From Chiloscyllium plagiosum (taxonomy: Eukaryota), in contig NW_025215169.1 of NCBI RefSeq assembly GCF_004010195.1, forward strand, positions 1 through 64,000: a DNA stretch of 64,000 nt. Direction: 5' to 3'. Below the pieces are notes generated by a model. The model had not been told where the DNA came from. It was given only the letters and a program-made list of their open reading frames with translations, and did no database searches. Positions 1 through 10,600 of this stretch are shown here, piece by piece (position 1 is the stretch's first letter; each line of letters starts with the position of its first letter). Both the position numbers and the translations under genes were made by a program.

Positions 1-155
1 AAGAGAGCGAGAGAGACACACATACATGGGGAGAGGACGAGAGAGAGAGAGACACACATGGGGAGAGGACGAGAGAGAAAGAGAGACACACACAGAGAGA
101 GGGGGGAGAGAGAGAGAGAGTGAGGGGAGAGAGAGAGGGGAGAGAGAGAGAGAGG
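1..155. repeat. GA-rich imperfect microsatellite
   Basis: Runs of (GA)n with CA and G interruptions, read directly from the sequence. Confidence 0.9.
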
Positions 156-315
156 ATATTTCATCCCCACAGAGTTGCAGTGATCTGGAACCGCCTGTCT
201 GAAGGGGTGAAGGAAACAGATTCAGAAAGGAATTGGAGAAATCATTAAAAGGGAAGAATGTGCAGTGCTGTGGGAGAGCACAGGTTGGTGGTTGAGAGGG
301 AATCGGACTAACTGA
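156..315 (+). mobile_element. Degenerate CR1-type LINE 3' fragment
   Basis: cacagagttgcagtgatctggaaccgcctg...gaattggagaa resembles the end of ORF2 in the intact CR1 copy at 6790-6910. Confidence 0.5.
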
Positions 316-886
316 AAGTCATCTCAACTCCACCTTTCCCTCCACACCCAAACAAACCAGTCTCTAACGTCAGCACAGATTAAAGTCTCAGCAAAGTCAG
401 AGCTGGCAGAGACTCAATTAATCAGCTCCTGAATTGGCTTCGCAGGCCAGGGAACTGGATGAATTCTGCTGCTCCAGTACGACTCAGAGTGGGAGCCAAG
501 AAGGAACACTGGGAAAGGACCTCACCCAGAGACAAGGCAAGACGTTTCACCTGTCCCTGTGGGAGAACGTGAACTATTCCAAATTCAGTTTACAAAGTTC
601 ATTCTGGAATCTTGGTCCGACATTTAACCCCAAAACCACTAAAAAAAAATGGATAATCACTGCACACTCTGTGGAACCTCAAATCATAAAATGATCCACC
701 AGGTTTCCTCTCACACTGACTGCACATCATTGGCTGGGGAATGGGCTGCACTGTCCCCAGGCGCTACAGAAATGTAGCTTCTCCCAGTATCTGTATCAGC
801 TGGGTGGCCGAGAATTCCCAGCGTCCAGGTGCGAGTGACCCTCCTACCCTCTTCGCTGGTGTCACCTCCTTCCCTCCTTTCCCAAC

Positions 887-2030
887 TGTTCTGAAATACC
901 CCCCCCAGAGGCTGCCATCCCGTCACCACGTCAGTCTTTGTATCCACGTGGAGAGCCCTTAACACTGACCCAGCTCCCTCAGAGTGAGCTGAGCCTCTGA
1001 CACTCCTGTCAGCCAGGGCTCCCTGATTAGACCAGGTTAACAGCCCCAGTCAGGGAACTCCTATGGTGGTCCACCTGCTGACCCCAATTACTACACTCAC
1101 CCCACTCCCCCTGCCCCTGAACCCTGAGTTCAAGGACATAGGCCAGTTCTTTAATTTGGGGCTGTTTTAGTACCAGGTCAGGCCCCCGCAACACAGCCTC
1201 AGATACGGACGGTGTGGAACACCCAGTAGCCGGCCTCTTGTGCCTGGAGTGTCTCAGACAAATTTCATTCTCCACTCCAGGCGGCAACGGCGTTGAAGCA
1301 GCGATCTCGGCCATCTCCATCCCCGATTCCGAGGTTTCACAGAGAGAGAGAGAGGGAGAGAGAGAGAGAGAGACCCACGGGTTCCCCAACAGTTGGAAAG
1401 GCTGGGGAGCCAGGCGTGGTTTACTCCCGCCTCTGGGTCCACATTCTCGGGGGGTCCGGACCATCACACCCTGGACCTGACCTGGCATCGACCGGGTCTC
1501 TTACCCATACAGGCCCATTCCCAACCGTTCCTCTCCCAAACCCCGTCCCCTGAAGCAAACCCTCTCTCACTCTCTGTGTCCGGCATCGGCGTTCCTGATG
1601 ACGTTTCACCCTCACACCCCTACGCTCCCCCTGCCCCAGGTGCGGGAAGATCAGGTTTAACCTGGGTATGGAGTCTACCTCCCATTAACAACTCTGCTGG
1701 AGCTATCCCTTCGGTCGCATGAGGGATGTTCCGATGATCAAACAGGAACTGGGACGGTTTAGTAAAGAGTGACGTTTCAGGCTGTGTTCTTAAGCCTGCC
1801 TTCGGACTGCTCTTTCTGCCCCGGCGTTGATATGGAACTGTCCTTATATGATGCATTATACTCGACTTTAGGAAATACTCAAGTTCCCTCCTGGTAATCG
1901 ATGGCCTGAGGTCTATGACCAACACTACCGGAAGTCAGTGTGTTGCAAAAGACGGGCAATGGTCATCCCAGTGTTTGACCCGTGAACTCTGTGCATGTCC
2001 AGTCACATTGTTCACAATGTCAACAGCATC
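887..2030 (-). mobile_element. Ty3/Gypsy LTR retrotransposon remnant: integrase C-terminal part, PPT and 3' LTR
   Basis: Minus-strand translation FLFDHRNIPHATEGIAPAELLMGGRLHT (ORF 1620-1925) matches the Gypsy integrase tail pattern FL..YR.TPH.TTG.SPAELLMGR.LRT. DMHRVHGSNTGMTI occurs near 1958-2000. A polypurine tract GGGGGAGTGGGGTGAG (~1096-1111) is followed directly by TGTAGT at 1095, the expected LTR start. The far LTR edge (~887) is uncertain. Confidence 0.75.
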
Positions 2031-2034
2031 AGTG

Positions 2035-2235
2035 ATCAAACTGTGTAACTCATTGTCACTGAAGCCTATGGACAGCAAGCCGTTGAGCACATTTAAGACA
2101 GAGACAGGTAGGTTCCTCATTAGTGAGGGGATCAACGGTTACAGAGGGAAGGCAGGAGAAACGTATCAGCCATGATCAAATGGCAGTGAAGATTTGATGG
2201 GCCAAATTCTACTCCTGTACCTTACAGTCTTCTAT
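2035..2235 (+). mobile_element. CR1-type LINE 3' end fragment
   Basis: acatttaagacagagacaggtaggttc...tcagccatgatcaaatggc...gatgggccaaattctactcct is typical of a CR1 ORF2 end plus 3'UTR. Confidence 0.65.
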
Positions 2236-2280
2236 TCACAAAGGCACAAGTGCATGCACACAGACACATTCAGGAGGGGT

Positions 2281-2594
2281 TTAGATTAGATTCCCTACAG
2301 TGTGGAAACAGGCCCTTCGGCCCAATAAGTCCACACCAACCCTCTGAAGAGTAACCCACCCAGACCCATTACCCTACATTTACCTCTGACTAATGTACCT
2401 AACACTATGGGACAATTTAGCGTTGTCAACCACACCTTTGGAGTGTGGGAGGAAACAGAGCACCCGGAGGAAACCCACACAGACACGAGGAGAATGTGCA
2501 AACTCCACACAGACAGTCGCCCGAGGCTGGAATCGAACCCGGGTCCCTGGCGCTGTGAGGCAGCAGTGCTAACCACTGTGCCACCATGCCGCCC
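2281..2594 (-). mobile_element. tRNA-derived SINE (HE1-like), near full length
   Basis: Minus strand starts GGGCGGCATGGTGGCACAGTGGTTAGC (A box) and contains GGTTCGATTCC (B box). It has the core TGTGGAGTTTGCACATTCTCC and a CR1-like tail GGGCCGAAGGGCCTGTTTCCACACTGTAGGGAATCTAATCTAA. Confidence 0.9.
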
Positions 2595-2789
2595 TTATGT
2601 CAAGAGGGGTGTTAACAGTCCAGAGTGAGGGGACTGGCCCATTCACCTATCCCACCATCACTCATTCCACAAACGCTTTGCAGGGAACGCCACCAATCGA
2701 GAGCACTAGCCCAACTGGACACAGGATCCTAGCTCTGGATACAACAGCCAGAACGGATGGTGAGCCTTTGTCAAGCAAAGACCCCAGCC

Positions 2790-3245
2790 TCGGCTGGAAC
2801 ACTGTGTTTTGGGAAGGGAGTGAAAGCATTAGCGAGGGCGTAGAGAAGAGTCAAGAGGATAGTGCTGGGGTCGAGGGCAGTCAGTGGTCTGAGTAGATAG
2901 GGGACGCTGGGCTTGTTCCCCTTAATGAAGAGGAGGCAGAGGGGAGATATGACCGACGGGAGTAACATCAGGACGGGTCTGGACAGAGCCATGAGGCAGA
3001 CATGCTTCCCATCACAGGGAGGAGTGAGAATGAGGGGAAGGCTGGGTTTGCTGAAAGGAGCAACACTGACAGACCGGGAGGAACCCTCAGGTGGAGGGAG
3101 TGGGTAGGATCTGGAGGGAGCTGCCTGACAGGTGGAGGGTTCAATCGAGGTACTGCAGAGGAACTGAGTGACAGGGTGGGGTGGGGAGGGGGTGAAAAAC
3201 AGTGAGCCGTGTGGGTGAGTCAGCACACTGATGACAGGCCAAACG
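2790..3245 (+). mobile_element. Old degenerate CR1 LINE ORF2 3' fragment
   Basis: Collinear resemblance to 6300-6920 (gagggcgtagagaagag..., aggaggcagaggggagatatga..., ggttcaatcgagg), with many substitutions. Confidence 0.55.
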
Positions 3246-3251
3246 GTCTCG

Positions 3252-3665
3252 GAGTGGCACGGTGGCTCACACTGCAGCCTCACAGCGCCAGGGACCTGGG
3301 TTCGATTCCCACCTCAGGCGACTGACTGTGTGGAGTTCTGCACATTCTCCCCGTGTCTGCGTGGGTTTCCTCCGGGTGCTCCAGTTTCCTCCCACAGTCC
3401 AAAGATGTGCAGGTTAGGGTGGATTGGCCATGCTAAATTGCCCATAGTGTTCAGGGATGTGTAGGTTAGGGTGGATTGGCCATGCTAAATTACCCCATAG
3501 TGTTCAGGGATGTGCAGGTTAGGGTGGATTGGCCCTGCTAAATTACCCCATAGTGTTCAGGGATGTGTAGGTTAGGGTGGATTGGCCATGCTAAATTACC
3601 CCATAGTGTTCAGGGATGTGTCGGTTAGGGTGGATTGGCCATGCTAAATTGCCCCATAGTGTTAG
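3252..3665 (+). mobile_element. HE1-like SINE with internal 52-53 bp tandem amplification (5 copies)
   Basis: A box (tggcacggtggctca) and B box (ggttcgattcc). The unit gatgtgcaggttagggtggattggccatgctaaattgcccatagtgttcagg repeats at about 3404, 3456, 3509, 3562 and 3615. Confidence 0.9.
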
Positions 3666-3668
3666 GTT

Positions 3669-3766
3669 TGAAAAATGTGTTGCTGGAAAAGCGCAGCAGG
3701 TCAGGCAGCATCCAAGGAGCAGGAGAATCGACATTTTGGGCATAAGCCCTTCTTCAGGAATTCCCC
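3669..3766 (-). mobile_element. Penelope-like repeat fragment carrying a decayed hammerhead ribozyme core
   Basis: Same repeat as 5678-5760 and 6614-6704 but in the opposite orientation. The minus strand reads CTGAAGA-AGGGC-TTAT-GCCC-AAAATGTC. The Penelope assignment is inferred from the hammerhead association. Confidence 0.6.
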
Positions 3767-3818
3767 ACCCTGTAGGGATTCTACCTGCACTCAGACAGCC
3801 CAGTGACTGAGAGCTCAC

Positions 3819-4504
3819 CTGTAGTGCAGGGTGACATTCTCTTTGTCAGGGTCACAGTAGAGTCTCTCCAGCATCTCCTGGCCCTCTTCTTGAACGCTCT
3901 CCCACTGCTGAGTCACCACCCTCCTCATCTGCCAGTGATAGGGCAGGGCCGTGTGGTGGTACGGGCAGCACTCGCCATCGGGGCAACAGGCCTCCAGGAA
4001 CCGGGAGCAGATGGACACTCCATCCTCCTGGCGCGTGTGGTACTGGAGCTGGGTCAGGACGTCCAGGAGACGGTCCAGGCTCATTTCGTCCTCGGGGAAG
4101 GCTGGGGCCTCGCAGCTGGGAGTCCTCCGGCCTAGCGACTCAGCCGCCCTCAGCTCTACCTCCACAGCCTCGGTGGACGGCAGGTCCCAGCTGGGGGGCG
4201 CAGCCGAGCCCTGCCCCAGGAGGGGGGACGCCTGCAGGTCCAGCTGCTTGGCAGCCGGAGCCAGGCTGTCTAAGCCAGCTAGGCCCGGCAGACAACCAGC
4301 CCTGGTCGTCAGGGACGACGGCTGCACCCCGCTCACTCGCTCCTTCTTGATCAGGTGCTTGAGAGTCCGGAGAAGCCTCTCACTGTCCTTCCTTCTCCTC
4401 AGACGGTCCATTGGATGAGCCTTGACCAGTGAGATTTTGACCAGGGGATCGACGTGGGCTGGATCAGCAGCACGGAATGGATCACTGACCGTGTGTCCCG
4501 CCAT
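3819..4504 (-). CDS. TIPARP: TIPARP/PARP7-like mono-ADP-ribosyltransferase, first coding exon (N-terminus, CCCH zinc finger). Downstream exons not found in the window.
   Basis: QYHTRQEDGVSICSRFLEACCPDGECCPYHHTALPYHWQMRRVVTQQWESV...LERLYCDPD closely matches vertebrate TIPARP as I recall it (YHTHQENGIEIC.DFL.G.C.YG.DC..HHTVLPYHWQ...LERFYCNP), with C-x7-C-x5-C-x3-H spacing. Acceptor ttttgtttctgaag| at 4520/4519, Kozak GTCATGG at 4504, donor AG|GTGAG at 3819/3818 (phase 2). May be a paralogue rather than the orthologue. Confidence 0.88.
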
Positions 4505-4759
4505 GACCTCGTGATGTGCCTTCAGAAACAAAACGCAAACTCAATAACCAGCAACAATCTGCATTTAAATAGCACCTTTCCCACATAATAAACCAGCCCA
4601 ACGGTGTCCATGAAACTCCCACCACCATCAGAGCTCCCTTCTTCAAATATACAGCTAATATAATTCAATAAACATGAATTTTCTCTCATAGAAACACGGA
4701 ACATTCAAGTGGCAGAGTCTGGCTTGAGGTCTTCGTGATCATGAGGCTGATCCTTTGTT

Positions 4760-5050
4760 TTGATGAGTTGCACCTTCATACCCCTTGATACCTTGACGCC
4801 TAGAAATCTATCTCCTGCCTAAGTATATTCAGTGACTCGGCCTCCACAGCTTTCTGTGGTAGTGAGTATCAAAGTTTAACCAGTCTTTCCTCCCTATCTC
4901 AGTCTGAAATGGCCCACTGTGTATCCTGAGACTGTGTTCCTATGTTCTGGAGAAACCCCAGCCTGAGGGGAACATCGTCTCTCTGTCCAATCTGTCCAGC
5001 CCCGCCTAAATCTCACACCTTTCAATGACATCCCCTCTCGCTCTACTAAA
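4760..5050 (-). mobile_element. Old CR1-type LINE 3' fragment
   Basis: aaatctatctc...gcctccacagctttctgtggtagtgag...ctgtccaatctgtccagcccc resembles the reverse complement of a CR1 ORF2 end. Confidence 0.55.
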
Positions 5051-5356
5051 TTAATTCATCAAGTCTTCCTTTGAAATTTCAAAAAGAAATGTAAGCAATG
5101 ACTTTTCCCTGATTTTCTCCTCCACCTTTCCAATCTCAATGATATGGTTGTTCCTGCTGACCTGGTCCTGATTCAAAACTGAGCCTGCGATCTCTCCCGC
5201 CCTGTTTTAATCCAGTCACCTTCCTCTTACTGTTAGTGAAACCTTTTGAAATCTGGGGGAGCAGCCTCACCCTCTCTCAATAACTGCATCCTAATAACAT
5301 CAGTCAGCTCAGGAGAACCAAACCTGTTTAACAGTGACCTCACCACAAACCAATTA

Positions 5357-5568
5357 CAGAGAGAGAGAGAGAGAAACAGAGACAGAGACAGAGAGAAAAA
5401 CAAACAGAAAGAGAGAGACAGAGACAGAGAAAGATAGAGAGACCAAGAAACAGAGAGAGAGAGAGAGAAACAGAGACAGAGAGATAAACAAACAGAGAAA
5501 GATACAGAGACAGAGAAAGATAGAGAGACCAAGAAACAGAGAGAGAGAGAGAGAAACAGAGACAGAGA
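5357..5568. repeat. GA/GACA compound microsatellite running into a gap
   Basis: Read directly from the sequence. Confidence 0.9.
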
Positions 5569-5677
5569 NNNNNNNNNNNNNNNNNNNNNNNNNNNNNNNN
5601 NNNNNNNNNNNNNNNNNNNNNNNNNNNNNNNNNNNNNNNNNNNNNNNNNNNNNNNNNNNNNNNNNNNNNNNNNNNNN
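5569..5677. other. Assembly gap (N)
   Basis: Run of N. Confidence 1.
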
Positions 5678-5760
5678 CTGGATGCTGCCTGACCTGCTGC
5701 GCTTTTCCAGCAACACATTTTCAGCTCTGATCTCCAGCATCTGCAGACCTCACTTTCACC
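5678..5760 (+). mobile_element. Penelope-like terminal repeat fragment
   Basis: ggatgctgcctgacctgctgcgcttttccagcaacacattttcagctctgatctccagcatctgcag is nearly identical to 6626-6692. Confidence 0.6.
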
Positions 5761-7020
5761 ATTTGGATACAGAACTGGCTTGAAGGTAGAAGACAGAGGT
5801 TGGTGCTGGAGGGTTGTTTTTCAGACTGGAGGCCTGAGACCAGTGGAGTGCCACAAGGATCGGTGCTGGGCCCTCTACTTTTTGTCATTTACATAAATGA
5901 TTTGGATGTGAGCATAAGAGGTATAGTTAGTAAGTTTGTAGATGACACCAAAATTGGAGGTGTAGTGGACAGTGAAGAAGGTTACCTCAGATTACAACAG
6001 AATCTGGACCAGATGGGCCAATGGGCTGAGAAGTGGCAGATGGAGTTTAATTCAGATAAATGGGAGGTGCTGCATTTTGGGAAAGCAAATCTTAGAAGGA
6101 CTTATACACTTAATGGTAATGTCCTACGGAGTGTTGCTGAACTAAGTGACCTTAGAATGCAGGTTCATAGCTCCGTGAAAGTGGAGTCATAGGTAGATAG
6201 GATAGTGAAGAAAGCGTTTGGTATGCTTTCGTTTATTGGTCAGAGTATTGAGTATAGGAGTTGGGAGGTCATGTTGCGGCTGTACAGGACATTGGTTAGG
6301 CCACTGTTGGAATATTGCATTCACTTTTGGTCTCCTTCCTATCGGAAAATGTTGTGAAACTTGAAAGGGTTCAGAAAAGATTTACAAGGAAGTTGCCAGG
6401 GTTGGAGAATTTGAGCTATAGGGAGAGGTTGAACAGCTTGGGGCTGTTTTCCCTGGATCGTTGGAGGCTGAGGGGTGACCTTACAGAGGTTTACAAAAGT
6501 ATGAGGGGCATGGATAGGATAAATAGACAAAATCTTTTCCCTGGGATGGGTGAGACAGCATCCTCTTCCTCCTTCTACAAGTTTGAAGAAGCTCTCTTCC
6601 TCCCTCTACAAGTCTCCTGCTCCTTGGATGCTGCCTGACCTGCTGTGCTTTTCCAGCAACACATTTTCAGCTCTGATCTCCAGCATCTGCAGTCCTCACT
6701 TTCTCCTGGGGTGGGTGAGTCCAGAACTAGAGGGCATAGGTTTAAGGTGAGAAGGGAAAGATATAAAAGAGACTTAAGGGGCAATGTTTTCTCACAGAGG
6801 GTGGCATGTGTATGGAATGAGCCGCCGGAGGAAGTGGTGGAAGCTGGTACAATTGCAACATTTAAAAGGAATTTGGATGGGTATATGAATAGGAAGGGTT
6901 TGGAGGGATATGGGCTGGGTGCTGGCAGGTGGGACTAGATTGGGTTGGGATATCTGGTCGGCATGGACGGGTTGGACCGAAGGGTCTGTTTCCATGCTGT
7001 ACATCTCTATGACTCTATAA
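5761..7020 (+). mobile_element. 5'-truncated CR1 (HER1-like) LINE: RT C-terminal region and 3'UTR, disrupted
   Basis: SGVPQGSVLGPLLFVIYINDLD...SKFVDDTKIGG (RT motifs), then LERVQKRFTRKLPGL and TRGHRFKV. It ends in the tail ctctatgactctat and carries stops and frameshifts. Confidence 0.95.
6555..6704 (+). mobile_element. Penelope-like fragment inserted into the CR1 copy, with a 15-bp flanking duplication
   Basis: cctgggatgggtgag (6540-6554) and cctggggtgggtgag (6705-6719) flank the insert. The CR1 sequence resumes in register afterwards. Confidence 0.7.
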
Positions 7021-7240
7021 AGCCTAACTTTACTTTTATTTTTAAGTATTCCCCATACTCATGTGACTACCAAGTGACAAGGCAAGGTTCAACAGAAAGT
7101 ACAGGGAGACAGTGAGATAGTGGTAGGTAACTGCTCCTACACAGTCAATAGAAATAATGGGCCCAAAAAATGTCCTTCCATGCTGTCACTGAGACAGACT
7201 GGATAACAACCTGTGTGATTCATTAGTCCCAAGGCCTTTC

Positions 7241-7290
7241 GGGTTGGACCGAAGGGTCTGTTTCCGTGCTGTACATCTCTATGACTCTAA
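7241..7290 (+). mobile_element. Isolated CR1 3' tail
   Basis: gggttggaccgaagggtctgtttccgtgctgtacatctctatgactcta is almost identical to 6969-7017. Confidence 0.8.
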
Positions 7291-7640
7291 GGAGAACTCC
7301 TTCAGTCCATCATGTCTGCTGCTACCTTCTTTAGTCCCACTCTGCCACTGCAGACCCACAGAATTGATGATTTTGACACTTCAAGTGCTCATCCAAGTTT
7401 TTTTTAAAGATTGTGAGGTCTTCTGCCTCACCTACCCTCCTGCATTGCAGATTGTTACTGTCCTTTGGGTGAAAAGGTTTCCTCAATCCTGCCTTTCACC
7501 TTAACATTATGACACCTTTCTATTGACCCTTCAACTAAGGCGATCTGCTGCTTTCTATTAATGCCCTCCACATCACAAAATATCCCTCCCGACACCCCAC
7601 AGACACGATCCCTCCCGATACCCCATAGACACTGTCGTCG

Positions 7641-10600
7641 TGTGTGGACGGTTTTCAGGGTCAGTCTCGGTGCGGTGTGCGGATGGCAGTGAGGGTCAGG
7701 CTGGGTACGGTGTGTGGACGGTAATGAGGGTCAGTCTTGGTACGGTGTGCGGAAGGCAGTGAGGGTCAGTCTGGCTGTCGTGTGTGGACGGTTTTCAGGG
7801 TCAGTCTCGGTGCGGTGTGCGGATGGCAGTGAGGGTCAGGCTGGGTACGGTGTGTGGACGGTAATGAGGGTCAGTCTTGGTACGGTGTGCGGAAGGCAGT
7901 GAGGGTCAGTCTGGCTGTCGTGTGTGGACGGTTTTCAGGGTCAGTCTCGGTGCGGTGTGCGGATGGCAGTGAGGGTCAGGCTGGGTACGGTGTGTGGACG
8001 GTAATGAGGGTCAGTCTTGGTACGGTGTGCGGAAGGCAGTGAGGGTCAGTCTGGCTGTCGTGTGTGGACGGTTTTCAGGGTCAGTCTCGGTGCGGTGTGC
8101 GGATGGCAGTGAGGGTCAGGCTGGGTACGGTGTGTGGACGGTAATGAGGGTCAGTCTTGGTACGGTGTGCGGAAGGCAGTGAGGGTCAGTCTGGCTGTCG
8201 TGTGTGGACGGTTTTCAGGGTCAGTCTCGGTGCGGTGTGCGGATGGCAGTGAGGGTCAGGCTGGGTACGGTGTGTGGACGGTAATGAGGGTCAGTCTTGG
8301 TACGGTGTGCGGAAGGCAGTGAGGGTCAGTCTGGCTGTCGTGTGTGGACGGTTTTCAGGGTCAGTCTCGGTGCGGTGTGCGGATGGCAGTGAGGGTCAGG
8401 CTGGGTACGGTGTGTGGACGGTAATGAGGGTCAGTCTTGGTACGGTGTGCGGAAGGCAGTGAGGGTCAGTCTGGCTGTCGTGTGTGGACGGTTTTCAGGG
8501 TCAGTCTCGGTGCGGTGTGCGGATGGCAGTGAGGGTCAGGCTGGGTACGGTGTGTGGACGGTAATGAGGGTCAGTCTTGGTACGGTGTGCGGAAGGCAGT
8601 GAGGGTCAGTCTGGCTGTCGTGTGTGGACGGTTTTCAGGGTCAGTCTCGGTGCGGTGTGCGGATGGCAGTGAGGGTCAGGCTGGGTACGGTGTGTGGACG
8701 GTAATGAGGGTCAGTCTTGGTACGGTGTGCGGAAGGCAGTGAGGGTCAGTCTGGCTGTCGTGTGTGGACGGTTTTCAGGGTCAGTCTCGGTGCGGTGTGC
8801 GGATGGCAGTGAGGGTCAGGCTGGGTACGGTGTGTGGACGGTAATGAGGGTCAGTCTTGGTACGGTGTGCGGAAGGCAGTGAGGGTCAGTCTGGCTGTCG
8901 TGTGTGGACGGTTTTCAGGGTCAGTCTCGGTGCGGTGTGCGGATGGCAGTGAGGGTCAGGCTGGGTACGGTGTGTGGACGGTAATGAGGGTCAGTCTTGG
9001 TACGGTGTGCGGAAGGCAGTGAGGGTCAGTCTGGCTGTCGTGTGTGGACGGTTTTCAGGGTCAGTCTCGGTGCGGTGTGCGGATGGCAGTGAGGGTCAGG
9101 CTGGGTACGGTGTGTGGACGGTAATGAGGGTCAGTCTTGGTACGGTGTGCGGAAGGCAGTGAGGGTCAGTCTGGCTGTCGTGTGTGGACGGTTTTCAGGG
9201 TCAGTCTCGGTGCGGTGTGCGGATGGCAGTGAGGGTCAGGCTGGGTACGGTGTGTGGACGGTAATGAGGGTCAGTCTTGGTACGGTGTGCGGAAGGCAGT
9301 GAGGGTCAGTCTGGCTGTCGTGTGTGGACGGTTTTCAGGGTCAGTCTCGGTGCGGTGTGCGGATGGCAGTGAGGGTCAGGCTGGGTACGGTGTGTGGACG
9401 GTAATGAGGGTCAGTCTTGGTACGGTGTGCGGAAGGCAGTGAGGGTCAGTCTGGCTGTCGTGTGTGGACGGTTTTCAGGGTCAGTCTCGGTGCGGTGTGC
9501 GGATGGCAGTGAGGGTCAGGCTGGGTACGGTGTGTGGACGGTAATGAGGGTCAGTCTTGGTACGGTGTGCGGAAGGCAGTGAGGGTCAGTCTGGCTGTCG
9601 TGTGTGGACGGTTTTCAGGGTCAGTCTCGGTGCGGTGTGCGGATGGCAGTGAGGGTCAGGCTGGGTACGGTGTGTGGACGGTAATGAGGGTCAGTCTTGG
9701 TACGGTGTGCGGAAGGCAGTGAGGGTCAGTCTGGCTGTCGTGTGTGGACGGTTTTCAGGGTCAGTCTCGGTGCGGTGTGCGGATGGCAGTGAGGGTCAGG
9801 CTGGGTACGGTGTGTGGACGGTAATGAGGGTCAGTCTTGGTACGGTGTGCGGAAGGCAGTGAGGGTCAGTCTGGCTGTCGTGTGTGGACGGTTTTCAGGG
9901 TCAGTCTCGGTGCGGTGTGCGGATGGCAGTGAGGGTCAGGCTGGGTACGGTGTGTGGACGGTAATGAGGGTCAGTCTTGGTACGGTGTGCGGAAGGCAGT
10001 GAGGGTCAGTCTGGCTGTCGTGTGTGGACGGTTTTCAGGGTCAGTCTCGGTGCGGTGTGCGGATGGCAGTGAGGGTCAGGCTGGGTACGGTGTGTGGACG
10101 GTAATGAGGGTCAGTCTTGGTACGGTGTGCGGAAGGCAGTGAGGGTCAGTCTGGCTGTCGTGTGTGGACGGTTTTCAGGGTCAGTCTCGGTGCGGTGTGC
10201 GGATGGCAGTGAGGGTCAGGCTGGGTACGGTGTGTGGACGGTAATGAGGGTCAGTCTTGGTACGGTGTGCGGAAGGCAGTGAGGGTCAGTCTGGCTGTCG
10301 TGTGTGGACGGTTTTCAGGGTCAGTCTCGGTGCGGTGTGCGGATGGCAGTGAGGGTCAGGCTGGGTACGGTGTGTGGACGGTAATGAGGGTCAGTCTTGG
10401 TACGGTGTGCGGAAGGCAGTGAGGGTCAGTCTGGCTGTCGTGTGTGGACGGTTTTCAGGGTCAGTCTCGGTGCGGTGTGCGGATGGCAGTGAGGGTCAGG
10501 CTGGGTACGGTGTGTGGACGGTAATGAGGGTCAGTCTTGGTACGGTGTGCGGAAGGCAGTGAGGGTCAGTCTGGCTGTCGTGTGTGGACGGTTTTCAGGG

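Noticed and set aside
430..790. Downstream TIPARP-like exon (WWE region)
   Set aside because: I found no minus-strand translation resembling the next TIPARP exon with suitable splice sites.
2520..2594. tRNA gene
   Set aside because: The A and B boxes belong to the SINE head and continue into the SINE core and tail.
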